From Octopus bimaculoides (Eukaryota): 44,270 nucleotides of DNA. Position 1 is the first letter of the stretch; every line of letters starts with the position of its first letter. The position numbers were made by a program, and so were the translations under genes. The notes beneath the pieces were generated by a model, which ran no database searches, was not told the DNA's origin, and saw only the letters and a list, made by a program, of their open reading frames with translations. Shown piece by piece: positions 1-11,149 of this stretch. The DNA lies in assembly GCF_001194135.2 (NCBI RefSeq), contig NC_069005.1:8104261-8148530 (forward strand). Reading direction: 5' to 3'.

Positions 1-365
1 CCGCCGAAGTCGACTTTGCCTTTCATCCTTTCGGGGTCGATAATTTAAGTACCAGTTACACACTGGGGTTGATGTAATTGACTTAATCCCTTTGTCTGTC
101 CTTGTTTGTCCCCTCTATGTTTAGCCCCTTGTGGGCAATAAAGAAATAAGAAACGTTAGCACGCCAGGTTAAATGCTTAGAGGTATTTCGTCTGTCCTTA
201 CGTTCTGAGTTCAAATTCCACTGAGGTTGACTTTGCCTTTCATCCTTTTGGGGTCGATAAATTAAGTACCGAAAGGATGAAAGGCAAAGTTGACCTCGGA
301 GGAATTTGAACTCAGAATGTAATGACAGAAGAAATGCCGCTTAGCATTTCGCCCAGCATGCTAAT
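1..365. mobile_element. SINE family A cluster: 1-152 (+), 153-270 (+), 271-365 (-)
   Basis: tRNA-like head with B-box GAGTTCAAATTCC and central GACTTTGCCTTTCATCCTTTCGGGGTCGATAAATTAAGTACC (recalled as Meta-SINE-like domain; name unverified). Confidence 0.85.
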
Positions 366-836
366 TTTAGCCTACAATATTTACAATACAAGGTAGTCAG
401 CCAGGAATTAACTACTAGAACAGCAGTACACAGTGGCGATGAATGAATATACATGTTTACTAAACTTACCATATATGTAGTTGTCATATGTATATTTGTT
501 CATAACCATTGTCTTGGTAATCTCGTTAATTATTTGTGGTCATCAACCTTGTAGTATTATGGAGGTAACATTATGCTTGTAATAGTTTGCTGTGTAACAA
601 AATTTTTATTTCTTTTTGTGTTTGGTCAGTTAGTTATTATTTTTTTTTTTTTGTCTTTTCCTATTTGCTTCTGTCTAGAAATCAAAGGAAGTGACTACTA
701 TTCCCTTCAAACTTTGCTTTTCTGACCTGGACATCAATGTTTTGAAACTGACCTATTTTCCATAACATTTCAGACAGATTCAGTGTTGAGTTGTTGAAGC
801 AGAAATATTGTTGTAGTAAGTATTCTGCTCAATAGG

Positions 837-1213
837 CACAAGAGCAGACGTGTGGTAAGTAGCTTGCTTACAAACCACATGGTTCCAGGTTCAGTCCCAC
901 TGTCTTGGGTTGACCAAAGCCTTGGGAGTGGATTTGGCAGACAAAAACTGAAAGAAGCCTGTCATATATATATATATATGTATGTATATATGTGTGTATG
1001 TCTATGTGTCTGTGCTCACCCTCCTCCCCATCACCAATTAACACCCAGTGCTGGTGTGTTTACATCTCTGTAACTTAGTGGTTTGGCAAAAGAGACCGAT
1101 AGAATAAGTACTAGGCACTGAAAAAAAAGTCCTGGGGTCGATTTGTTTGACTAAAACCTTTCAAGATGGTGCTCCAGCATGGCTGCAGTTAGATGAATGA
1201 AACAAGTAAAAAG
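837..1213 (+). mobile_element. SINE family B (tRNA head, CORE-like segment, internal (TA)n(TG)n, AT-rich tail)
   Basis: GTGTGGTAAGTAGCTTGC..GGTTCAGTCCC..GTGGATTTGG..GAAAGAAGCC-(microsatellite)-..CCAGCATGGC..GAAACAAGTAAAA. Confidence 0.85.
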
Positions 1214-1319
1214 AGGTGACCTTTGACAGGACATCTTACATGCTAGAGAGGGCAGTCAAAACCCAAACCACGAATAAAAGCAATTTCAAAAGAAATGAAA
1301 GGAAAAAATACTTTTCTAG

Positions 1320-1362
<43 letters not shown>

Positions 1363-2021
1363 ATCTTACATGTAATATATATAAATATATATACATACAG
1401 AAAATATGCTTAAAAGATATATGTGTATACATCAAAGTATGTGTGTGCATGCATATATATACATACATACATATATTTATCTTACCAGCAAGGTGTTACT
1501 ACTCAACACATGCCAGCATGGAAAATGGACATTAAATGATAATGATGATATATGCTTTCACACATACACATATATGTATATATGTGTGTGTATATGTCAG
1601 TTCATGAATATATTTGCATATATTTATGTATTTTTATGCATGTATTCTACACAAAATGATATGACTTTTTAAACCAGTTTGACTGGATATTGTGTTTAGG
1701 CCTTGTATCATTCATTGCACGTGTTGCATCTGCTCTTTCTCTCTCTCTCTCTCTCTCATTATATATAAATATTCTCTCTTCTGTTTACTATATCATCTTT
1801 GATAATAATAATAATATAATAATGATAATAATAATAATCTAAATTAGGTTTCCATGCAATGTTTATGCAAATAAGATCAAAGAAAATATAACTTTTGTTA
1901 ATATCATTATTAATGCTATTATTATTATTATTATTATTATTATATTATTATTATTACCATTATTATTAAGGTCATTATCATCATGATAACCATCATCATC
2001 ATCATTATCTTCATTATTATT

Positions 2022-2432
2022 AAAGGTGGCAAGTTGGCAGAATTGTTAACAAAGTGCTTAGTGGCATTTCGTCTGTCTTTATATTCTGGGTTCAAATTAG
2101 GCTGTGGTTGACTTTGCCTTTGATCCTTTTGGGGTTGGTAAAATAAATACCAGTTGAACGTTGGGGTCGATGTAATCAACACATCCCCACCTCCCCCAAG
2201 CTGCCCTTGTAGCAAAAATTTTAAATCATTATTATAATTATTGTCAAGGTCATTATCATGGTCATTATCATCATCATCTTCATTATTATTAAAGGTGGCA
2301 AGCTGGCAAAATCGTTAGCACGCCAAGCAAAATGCTTTGTGGCACTTTGCCCATCTTTATGTTCTGAGTTCAAATTCTGCTGTGGTCGACTTTGTCTTTC
2401 ATCCTTTTGGGGTCGCTAAAATAAGTACCAGT
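2022..2432 (+). mobile_element. SINE family A, two tandem copies (2022-2230, 2291-2432)
   Basis: Same head and central domain; the upstream (CAT)n flanks are also duplicated. Confidence 0.85.
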
Positions 2433-2739
2433 TGTTAGGTGTCAAAGTGATTGCAGAGCAATGTTAAGATGAAGTGTTTTGCTCAAGAACACAATACAGC
2501 ACCCAGTGCAGGAATTGAAACCATGATCTCAAGATTGTGAGTTCAGTACCCTAACTGCTAGGCCATAAGCCCTCTCTCTCACACACGCCAGCTTCTTTCA
2601 GCTTCCATCTAACAAATCTCACAAGGCCGAGGACCGTGGTAAAAGACATTTGGACAAGGTGTCATGCAGCAGGACTGAACCTGAAACCACATGGTTGGGA
2701 AGCAAACTTATTAACCACACTGCCACACCTGTGCCTTAA

Positions 2740-3187
2740 CTATATCCATCATCATATGATGTCCATCTTCCGGACTGGCATTTGTTGGGTGGTTTGACAG
2801 GATCTGACCAGCCAGTGGATCTCATTGGCCTTGACTTGGTTTTTATGCATGGCTTGTCTTCAGTACCAATTTCCTCTTCTCTAAATGTCTCCATCCATGC
2901 ATGCACATTGCTTTTGTCAGTACAGTTATTTCCATACGTGACACACATCCTTCTGTGGTTGCCAACACAGACTACAGCCTACCCTGCTCCACACCACGCC
3001 TTTGTCAAGAACTTGATGGCGTCATATCGCTTTTTGCTTGGAACCCATTATTTGTCTGCAATGAAGGACAAGAATAACAGTTACCAAAGAGGAAGAGTAA
3101 CTCTACTAACGTGTGAAGTTTGAATGACCTATTGCCGTTAATAATAAAGTTATGCTGACTTTCACATTACTTTCGGCACAACCCTCA
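2740..3187 (-). mobile_element. Mariner left end (TIR plus degenerate transposase N-terminus)
   Basis: TIR-like TGAGGGTTGTGCCGAAAGTAATG at 3187; KRYDAIKFL.. and VTYGNNCTDKSNVHAWMETFREEE..SRP match the mariner HTH region. Confidence 0.65.
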
Positions 3188-3340
3188 TCATCATCGTTTA
3201 ACGTCCGCTTTCCATGCTAGCATGGGTTGGACGATTTGACTGAGGACTGGTGAAACCGGATGGCAACACCAGGCTCCAATCTAATTTGGCAGAGTTTCTA
3301 CAGCTGGATGCCCTTCCTAACGCCAACCACTCAGAGTGTA
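3186..3340 (-). mobile_element. Family C tail. Other copies: 26655-26855 (-), 27590-27742 (-), 28345-28565 (-); older variants 8590-8815 (+), 9620-9770 (+), 18330-18690 (+), 40120-40285, 41075-41165 (-)
   Basis: (CAT)n-CGTTTAACGTCCGCTTTCCATGCTAGCATGGGTTGGACG signature or diverged versions of it. Confidence 0.8.
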
Positions 3341-3344
3341 GTAT

Positions 3345-3433
<89 letters not shown>

Positions 3434-3450
3434 TATACACACACACATAT

Positions 3451-3484
<34 letters not shown>

Positions 3485-3615
3485 GTGGAGGCGCANNNNN
3501 NNNNNNNNNNNNNNNNNNNNNNNNNNNNNNNNNNNNNNNNNNNNNNNNNNNNNNNNNNNNNNNNNNNNNNNNNNNNNNNNNNNNNNNNNNNNNNNNNNNN
3601 NNNNNNNNNNNNNNN

Positions 3616-3678
<63 letters not shown>

Positions 3679-3695
3679 TATACACACACACATAT

Positions 3696-3729
<34 letters not shown>

Positions 3730-3731
3730 GT

Positions 3732-4052
3732 GGAGGCGCAATGGCCCAGTGGTCAGGGCAGCGGACTTGTGGTCGAAGGATCGCGGTTTTGATTCCCAGA
3801 CCAGGCGTTTTGTGTGTTTATTGAGCAAAAACACCTAAAAGCTCCACGAGGCTCCGGCAGGGGGTGGTGGCGACCCCTGTTGTACTCTTTCGCCCCAACT
3901 TTCTCTCACTCTTTCTTCCTGTTTCTTGAGTAACGCTGGGATGGACTGGCATCCCATCTAGCTGTGGGGACACACACACATACGCCACAGAAACTGGGAA
4001 ACCGGGCCCATGAGCCTGGCTTGGCTTTAAAAGGGCGGAAAAAAAAAAAAAG
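3732..4052 (+). mobile_element. tRNA-derived SINE with V-domain-like core
   Basis: A-box TGGCCCAGTGG, B-box-like GGTTTTGATTCC, and GATGGACTGGCATCCCATC..GCCACAGAAACTGG (recalled V-SINE motif); poly(A) end. Confidence 0.7.
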
Positions 4053-5030
4053 AGAAGTAAATAGACGCCACGTTTTTTTTTTTTTAACCAAGATTTGTTT
4101 CTCGAAACAACGTCATTCGATGCATTTAAATACTAAATCTGGTATTTAGTAGACATGCTTTGTGCAGTTTTCAAGGATTTAATCTGTTTGGTTATCATAT
4201 TGATAAGTAGTTTGTGCACCGCTACAATGGTGTAATGAGGTGGGTGTCTTTACTTTTGAGATGTGTGTGTGTGCATATATATATATAGACACACACATAC
4301 ATACACATGCATACAATCACATATACATATAACAGACATTACACAGTACAATGTTCAAATGAAGACATCTTAAGAGCCAACACAAGTTCAGAAGGAGTTG
4401 CAAATTATTATTTCATTTTTCTAGCAAAAATATTAGCAGTTGTATGTCATTAGCTCACTCATCCCCCGCAACATACCCAACTCCAAAGCAATTAAGTACC
4501 ACTTATTATTTCTATGTTCATTTGCTCGAGTGTACCACATTTTAGTTGGCACTCAAGCACCTCTTACTACATTACGTATCTGAAAGAAATATATTTAACT
4601 GAAAAGTTCAAAGAAAGAAAACAGAAAAGATACACTTTCTCTTCATAAGGTTAGTATTTGATATTTTACATGACTAAACTGTATTATATCTACATATTTG
4701 ATCAGTATTTGAGTATAATTTGCATTGCTGAAGATTATATCAGCACACGTTGTCAATCTTAGAATCAATTTTGTACTACTGTTAACATCATCATCACCAA
4801 CAGGTTCTTTAACTGTAAAATTAAATTTCCTGGTTATTCTAGTAATGATGTTAAATACCTGCCAAAACAAATAGAACTGGGGTTTTCTGCAAGTCATGCT
4901 GCTTCAGTACACTTGATATCTCAATGAAAATTAGTTTTGAACATAACATTCCTCAACAAAAGATAGATTAATATATATGACTGCTTTCCACAATTAAGGA
5001 AAATGAAAAATTTTTTTTTTTTGAGTAGGT

Positions 5031-5135
5031 TTACTTGATTTCTGTAATTAAAGGTAATGAAATTTGGAGTGGATTTACCTGATTTCTGCAATTAAGGGTC
5101 TTGAAATTTTGAGTGGATTTATCTGATTTCTGCAT
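5031..5135. repeat. ~43-bp tandem repeat, about 2.5 copies
   Basis: TTTAC.TGATTTCTG.AATTAA.GGT..TGAAATTT.GAGTGGA repeated. Confidence 0.75.
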
Positions 5136-5214
5136 TTTCTGTGCTCACATGGGTTTGATGGTTTGACTAGATCTGTCAGTTCAGAGCGCTGTGTTGAGCT
5201 CCAATATCTGTTTG

Positions 5215-5432
5215 AAGGTGGCGAGCTGGCAGACACACTAGCATGCTGGGTAAAATGCTTAGCAGTATTTCGTCTGTCTTTACGTTCTGAGTTCAAATTT
5301 CACTGAGGTCGACTTTGCTGTTCATCCTTTTGGGGGTCGATAAATTAAGTACCAGTTGCATACTGGGGTCGATCTAATCAACTGGCCCCCTTCGCCCAAA
5401 ATTTCGGGCCTTGTGCCTAGAGTAGAAAAGAA
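5215..5432 (+). mobile_element. SINE family A
   Basis: Head GGCGAGCTGGCAG through the tail GGCCTTGTGCCTAGAGTAGAAAAG. Confidence 0.85.
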
Positions 5433-5636
5433 TATCTGTTTTGGTATGGTTTCTATGGCTGGGTGCTCTTCCTAATACAGAGTGTACTGGGTGCTTTTTC
5501 ATTTCACTAGTTCTAGTGAGGTGGCCAAGTAGCTTGCAAGACAAGACCCCATTATTGAGGCAGAGATGTAGTACTGTAGGAGGTGGCCTATGCCAAGTGT
5601 TGAGATGCAAAAGTATGATAGGAGAGGAACAAGAGT

Positions 5637-5784
5637 CTTGGTGGTAAGAAGCTTACTTCCAAACCACATGGCCCTGGGTTCAGTCCCACTGCAGGACACC
5701 TTAAGCAGGTGTCTTCTACTATAGCCTCAGGCCAACCAAAGCCTTGTAAGTGGATTTGGTAGACGGAAACTGAAGGAAGCCTGT

Positions 5785-5822
<38 letters not shown>

Positions 5823-6063
5823 TATCTATGTGTGTGTGCGTCTGTGTTTCTTCCCATTCCCCACTGCCTGGCAATCAATGTTGGTGTGTTTGCATCCCCA
5901 TAAATTAGCAGTTTGGCAAAAGGGAATGATAGAATAAATACCAGGTCTGATAAAAAAAAGTAAGTACTGGGGTCAGTTCATTTGGCAAAAAAAAAAAAAA
6001 AATTCAAGGTGGTGCCCCAGTATGGCCACATGTAATACTGTAAGAGTACTGAAACAAGTTAAA
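5637..6063 (+). mobile_element. SINE family B
   Basis: Full head-microsatellite-tail structure. A partial minus copy also lies at 2585-2733. Confidence 0.8.
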
Positions 6064-6436
6064 GAACAAATATATACGTTCATTAGTTTATTTATAAAAT
6101 ATAAACAACTTTGACTCACCAAGCAAGCTAATAAATATTATATATAAATATATGTATTATACCTTTACAAGATCAATAAAGAAAATTAGACGTAATACAT
6201 CAGAAAAATTACACAAATGTGTAAATATTTAGCAATTTTCTGGTGGTTTTCTGCTAGTAGATGGAGTTACGTCATCAACAAATCTAACGCTTATACAAGC
6301 TGTGAACGTATGTAGCTATGATAGGAATTTTTAGAGAATCTGACAAAAAGATAAAACCTTAACCAAATTCCAATTGTCTACTAATAATTCAAGACCCACT
6401 TGATGACAATCACTATTATTGTTGTTGTTGTTGATA

Positions 6437-7040
6437 AGGTGGCAAGCTGACAAAATCATTAGCATGTTAAGGTGTCGAGCTGGCAGAATCGTTAGCACGC
6501 CGGGCGAAATGCTTAGCAGTATTTCGTCTGCCGCTACGTTCGAGTTCAAATTCCGCCGAGGTCGACTTTGCCTTTCATCCTTTCGGGGTCAATAAATTAA
6601 GTACCAGTTATGCACTGGGTCGATGTAATCGACTTAATCCCTTTGTCTGTCCTTGTTTGTTCCCTCTATGTTTAGCCCCTTGTGGGCAATAAAAAATAAG
6701 AATCATTAGCATGTTGGATGAAATGCTAGCGGTATTTTGCCTATCACCACATTTCTGAGTTCAAATTCTGTCAAGGTTGACTTTGCCTTTCATCCTTTCA
6801 TGGTTGATAAATTAAGTACCAGTGAAATACTGGGGTTGACAGAAATGACTAGCCCCCACCCACCAAATTTCAAGCCTTGTGCCTATAGTAGATATGATTA
6901 TTGTTGTTGTTGTTGTTGTTGTTAAGGCAGTGAGCTGGCTGAATTGTTAGTAGAGTGGCATTTTGTCTGTCTTTAAATTCTGAATTCAAATTCTGCCAAA
7001 GTCAACTTTGTCTTTCAAGGTCGATAAATTAAGTACCAGA
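6437..7040 (+). mobile_element. SINE family A head-to-tail cluster (3 copies plus a partial head)
   Basis: Copies at ~6476-6700, 6701-6895 and 6924-7040. Confidence 0.85.
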
Positions 7041-7299
7041 TATTCTCAGGTTGACAATGTTTTTCTTAGGATGTGGGCATTATCCGTGAGAAAAATTTGT
7101 TGTGGTTCTGACACTTTTGGCTTTCCTGGTATTTGCTCATAGTATTTAAGAATTTTGATCTGTTGCAGTTTCTGTAATGAACTTGATTTTTACAGAGGTA
7201 GGTGATTAACCTTCGTTCAAGATATTGATCCTGTAAGTATTACTCTATGGATGTGGAAAGTGGAATGTGAAAAAAAAAAACAATGGATGGCTTCTAATT

Positions 7300-7600
7300 C
7301 ACATGCTTAAGGAGAATACTCTACACCAAGTGGCTGTAAAGAGTTTGAAACAATGCAATTGAGATGACAACAGGCATCAATTGGATCAGCGACAAAATAA
7401 AAAGCAGATACTGGAACTAGATTTGACATGTCCTCAGACAAGATCAGGAAAGTGATTGCATGCTGGCACTAAAGTGGTAGGCTGAGGGGAGAAGAACTGA
7501 AGAGCACCCTAAAACCACATGATGAAGGACCATTTACAAGGAAAGGAAACAAGAAGAGTGGTGAAGCTGGAATGAGACTAGAACAGAGCTGGTTGGAGAG
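7300..7600 (+). mobile_element. Degenerate RTE-type LINE 3' fragment
   Basis: RYWN*I*HVLRQDQESDCMLALKW*AEGRRTEEHPKTT**RT resembles W.WIGHVLR...LxW.P.G.R.RGRP.TTW. Confidence 0.65.
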
Positions 7601-7629
7601 ATCACATTGTAACCTGGTGTACCTCATAG

Positions 7630-9030
7630 CACTGAGAGAACAAATTTATTTAAGAGTGCCATTTGATATTATCCCCAAAGCTCTGATAATCATAAGTACA
7701 ACTATTGTTCTTAGCTGCCACACTTTTGAGACCTCTATTTCAACATCCTCGATTTATTAAACTTTTCAAATGTTTTCACATAGGTACTGCAGTCTGCTGG
7801 GATTCATTTATCTTTGAGCAAACATGTTTTATCAACATGATTTCTCACCACAATATCTGGTCCACTGGCCTGAATAGCTCAATCAGTTTGAATAATAAAG
7901 TCCCAAAGAATGATGATGTCTGTATTTTGTACCACTTTGGCAGGCTTATGCTTCCATTATATATTTTTTTGCTTCTTCTGATAATGAATGTAGTTTCTCG
8001 TTACTTCAATAATTGCAGACAAGTTCAAGCATCCAGTCATTAGGGTTCTTTGGATGGTTATCTAATCCAATGGTTGCTGTCTTTAGAGACAGCTGCAACT
8101 GCATCAGTTCACATTCTCTGTCCTTCTATGGAATGTATAATCTGTCTGCTTTTGGGTGATGCATGCTGTGCATTGTGAGGAACTTGCATATTTTTGAGTG
8201 AATCTCGCTGATGGACCATTTTATATTAAAATTGGAGATTACAACAGGTATATCCAGGGTATTGAAGGTATAGCATTCAGATTACTCTGTCAAATGTAAT
8301 GCTAATTTATTCACATTGTTTTGAATTAATCATGTATCACTTCATAGCTTCAAGGTTTTGATGATATGATTGTTTATTTTTTAAAATGACATTGCAGGGT
8401 AGGCATAAAGGATTGGATTTGGCTGATTGGAATATAAAGCAGGTAGAATATTTAGGTCTGATATGGCTGGTTAAAATGCTAAAGGATAAGCTTGCTTTTT
8501 AGGATGGCCCTAACTCTATGATAGCATTCTTTTCATATTTCCTCAAGAAGATATGTACATTACAGTAGAAGTGTTAAAATCGATCCTTCTGGTGGTGTAA
8601 AGCACTCATGGTGGTGTCACGTAAAAGCACCCATGTATGGTGCCATGTAAAAAAAGCTCCTAGCACACTCTGCAAAGTGGTTGGCATTAGGAAGGGCATC
8701 CAGCTGTAGAAAGCATGCCAAATCAGACTGGATTCTGCTCAGCTTGCCAGCTCTGGTCAAACTGTCCAACCCATGCCAGCATGGATAACACATGTTAAAG
8801 ATGATGATGATGATTTGTGTATGTTAGATGCCATCCCCTTCACACACACCTAACATTTGCAATGGTCTTCAGGAACTTTGATCTGTTGATTATGGTAGAC
8901 TTGTCCAGCTGTATGTTGGACATTTCCAAGAATTACTTTTTAAAGAATGAGGCTTCAGCACATTTATCAAGGCCAAACTTGTTGATATATTGCTATAAAG
9001 CTCACAGCCAGTCCCTTTCTTTTCACTGAC
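7630..9030 (-). mobile_element. R4/Dong-like (REL-endonuclease) non-LTR relic, interrupted by a MITE and an RTE-type tail
   Basis: KFGLDKCAEASF (8855-9030); FLTMHSMHHPKADRLYIP; HKPAKVV..ILWDFIIQTD*AIQASGPDIVV..KTCLL..KTFEKF..VEIEVSKVW (7630-8255), a PD-(D/E)xK-type domain. Confidence 0.75.
8270..8490 (-). mobile_element. Same TTAA-type MITE family, opposite orientation
   Basis: TAGCATTCAGATTACTCTGTCAAATG ... GATATGGCTGGTTAAAATGCTAAAGG is the reverse complement of the 16482 copy. Confidence 0.65.
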
Positions 9031-9196
9031 AATAAGTGTAAACAATACTAATCAGTGGAGGAAAAAGCTGCTATTACTGTGGAACTAATTTGTGAATGGT
9101 GACAGTTCTCAGCAAGTAAGTTCTATATTTAAGAGATGAGGAATTATGTACATTATTTATATTTGACGGATATTTGTCCTCATCTTGTTTGTTGTT

Positions 9197-9242
9197 AACA
9201 CAATGTTTCGGCTGATATACCCTCCAGCCTTCATCAGGTGTC
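9197..9242 (-). ncRNA. Minimal type I hammerhead ribozyme motif (left arm)
   Basis: GACAC-CUGAUGA-A-GGCUG-(10 nt)-CAGCC-GAAA-C-AUU-GUGUU: stems I and II are paired; stem III is reduced and carries a C.A mismatch. Confidence 0.75.
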
Positions 9243-9522
9243 TTGGTGAAATTCCGAACCTGGTTTTTCATTCCTAAGGTATTTTTCGATATTATTATTA
9301 TTATTATTATTCAGGTCACTGCCTGGAATTGAACTCAGAATCTTGGAGTTAGTAACCCACACTCTTAACCATTATGCCATATGCCTGTGGGCATATGGCA
9401 TAGTGATTAAGAGCGTGGGCTACTAACCCAAGATTCCAAGTTCGATTCCAGGCAGTGACCTGAATAATAATAATATTGAAAAATACCTTAGGAATGAGAA
9501 ACCAGGTTCAAAATTTCCCCAA

Positions 9523-9565
9523 GACACCTGATGAAGGCTGGAGGGTACATCAGCCGAAACGTGTT
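9523..9565 (+). ncRNA. Minimal type I hammerhead ribozyme motif (right arm, 3-nt deletion at the cleavage site)
   Basis: GACAC-CUGAUGA-A-GGCUG-gagggtacat-CAGCC-GAAA-C-GUGUU; 3 nt shorter than the left arm at the triplet. Confidence 0.7.
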
Positions 9566-9810
9566 AACAAACAATATGAGGACAAATATCCATCAAATGT
9601 AAATAATATTCATATCATAGTTGTAACCAGTGCTGGTGACACATAATACGCACTAGCTCCACACTCGGCATTAGGAAAAGCATCCAGACTGGAGCTTGGT
9701 AGGGCTCTCCAGTTTACCAGTTCCAGTCAAACTGTCTAACCCATGCCAGCAGGGAAAGCGGACATTAAATAATACATATACATTCATACATATGCATATA
9801 TATATATACA

Positions 9811-10797
9811 TAGCCTGGGCAAAGTTTAGAGAGCTAGAATAAGAATAGCCTGAGCAAAGTTTAGAGAGCTCTTACCCCTGCTGGCGACAAAGGGACTCTC
9901 ACTCAGAGTAAAAGGCAGACTGTATGACGCATGCGTACGAACAACCATGCTACATGGCAGTGAAACATGGGCTGTAACTGCTGAGGACATACGTAAGCTC
10001 GCAAGGAATGAAGCCAGTATGCTCTGTTGGATGTGTAATGTCAATGTGAATACCCGTCAGAGTGTAAGTATCTTGAGAGAAAAGCTGAACATTAGAAGCA
10101 TCAGTTGTGGTGTGCAAGAGAGACGATTGCGCTGGTNNNNNNNNNNNNNNNNNNNNNNNNNNNNNNNNNNNNNNNNNNNNNNNNNNNNNNNNNNNNNNNN
10201 NNNNNNNNNNNNNNNNNNNNNNNNNNNNNNNNNNNNNNNNNNNNNNNNNNNNNNNNNNNNNNNNNNNNNNNNNNNNNNNNNNNNNNNNNNNNNNNNNNNN
10301 NNNNNNNNNNNNNNNNNNNNNNNNNNNNNNNNNNNNNNNNNNNNNNNNNNNNNNNNNNNNNNNNNNNNNNNNNNNNNNNNNNNNNNNNNNNNNNNNNNNN
10401 NNNNNNNNNNNNNNNNNNNNNNNNNNNNNNNNNNNNNNNNNNNNNNNNNNNNNNNNNNNNNNNNNNNNNNNNNNNNNNNNNNNNNNNNNNNNNNNNNNNN
10501 NNNNNNNNNNNNNNNNNNNNNNNNNNNNNNNNNNNNNNNNNNNNNNNNNNNNNNNNNNNNNNNNNNNNNNNNNNNNNNCATTTCGAGCGTGGCCGTTTTC
10601 GTGCAGGTGACACGTAAAAGCACCCACTACACTCTCTGAGTGGTTGGCGTTAGGAAGGGCATCCAGCTGTAGAAACTCTGCCAAATCAGACTGGAGCCTG
10701 GTGTTGCCATCCGGTTTCACCAGTCCTCAGTCAAATCGTCCAACCCATGCTAGCATGGAAAGCGGACGTTAAACGATGATGATGATGATGATGATGC
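9811..10797 (+). mobile_element. 5'-truncated RTE-clade LINE (ORF2 C-terminus, gap, structured 3' tail ending (GAT)n)
   Basis: AWAKFRELLPLLATKGLSLRVKGRLYDACVRTTMLHGSETWAV..ERRLRW is the RTE post-RT region. After gap 10137-10579 the common ...GGACGTTAAAC(GAT)n tail follows. Contiguity across the gap is assumed. Confidence 0.75.
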
Positions 10798-11018
10798 ATA
10801 CACACGAACACATAATGGTCTTCTTTTGGTGTCCATCTACCAAATCCACTCACAAGACTTTGGTTCGCCAAGGGCTACACATTGGCACAATATCACAAAA
10901 TTACTTGGAATGGAGTACAGTTAAGTAAATTAATTAATTAATAAACGCTTAGTAAATACCTAGTCACAACTCAACACTAGGAATATAGAAATATGTACAT
11001 GGGTGCAAAACAAATTTT

Positions 11019-11024
11019 TTTATT
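11019..11024 (-). promoter_or_regulatory. Candidate polyadenylation signal AATAAA of the MIIP-like gene
   Basis: First AATAAA I found on the minus strand after the stop, ~820 nt downstream. Confidence 0.3.
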
Positions 11025-11149
11025 TTGTTTGTGTTTTGTCAGACAAGGGTGTATGTGGGTCTTGCTTTAGGCATGGCACTTTAGTCAGTTCATAAGTGGG
11101 ATCAGTAGGGAATCTTATGTAGACTGTTGGTACTTAATAAGGGGTAAAG

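Larger units (their letters stand above)
9119..9614. mobile_element. Head-to-head inverted pair of tRNA-headed, hammerhead-bearing SINE-like elements (~500-bp palindrome)
   Basis: Arms 9119-9385 (-) and 9390-9614 (+) are reverse complements around TGTG. Each arm has an A-box-like TGGCATAGTG, a B-box-like AGTTCGATTCC, (AAT)n and a CTGATGA...GAAA motif. Confidence 0.85.

Noticed and set aside
3198-3838. Many long ORFs with CVCV/THTH/YIYI or X runs (also around 10057, 23802, 26768, 29028, 30629, 42702)
   Set aside because: Dinucleotide microsatellites and N-gaps read through as open frames.
6258-6307. Possible 50-nt plus-strand exon (TAG|..DGVTSSTNLTLIQAVN|GTATGT)
   Set aside because: No phase-compatible neighbouring exons or homology found; such sites arise by chance.
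7190-7232. AG..GTAAGT-bounded segment
   Set aside because: Stop codons in all three frames.
9390-9468. tRNA gene
   Set aside because: A/B boxes are present, but there is no complete acceptor stem or cloverleaf and it continues into a repeat tail; it is a SINE head. The same applies to the other SINE heads.
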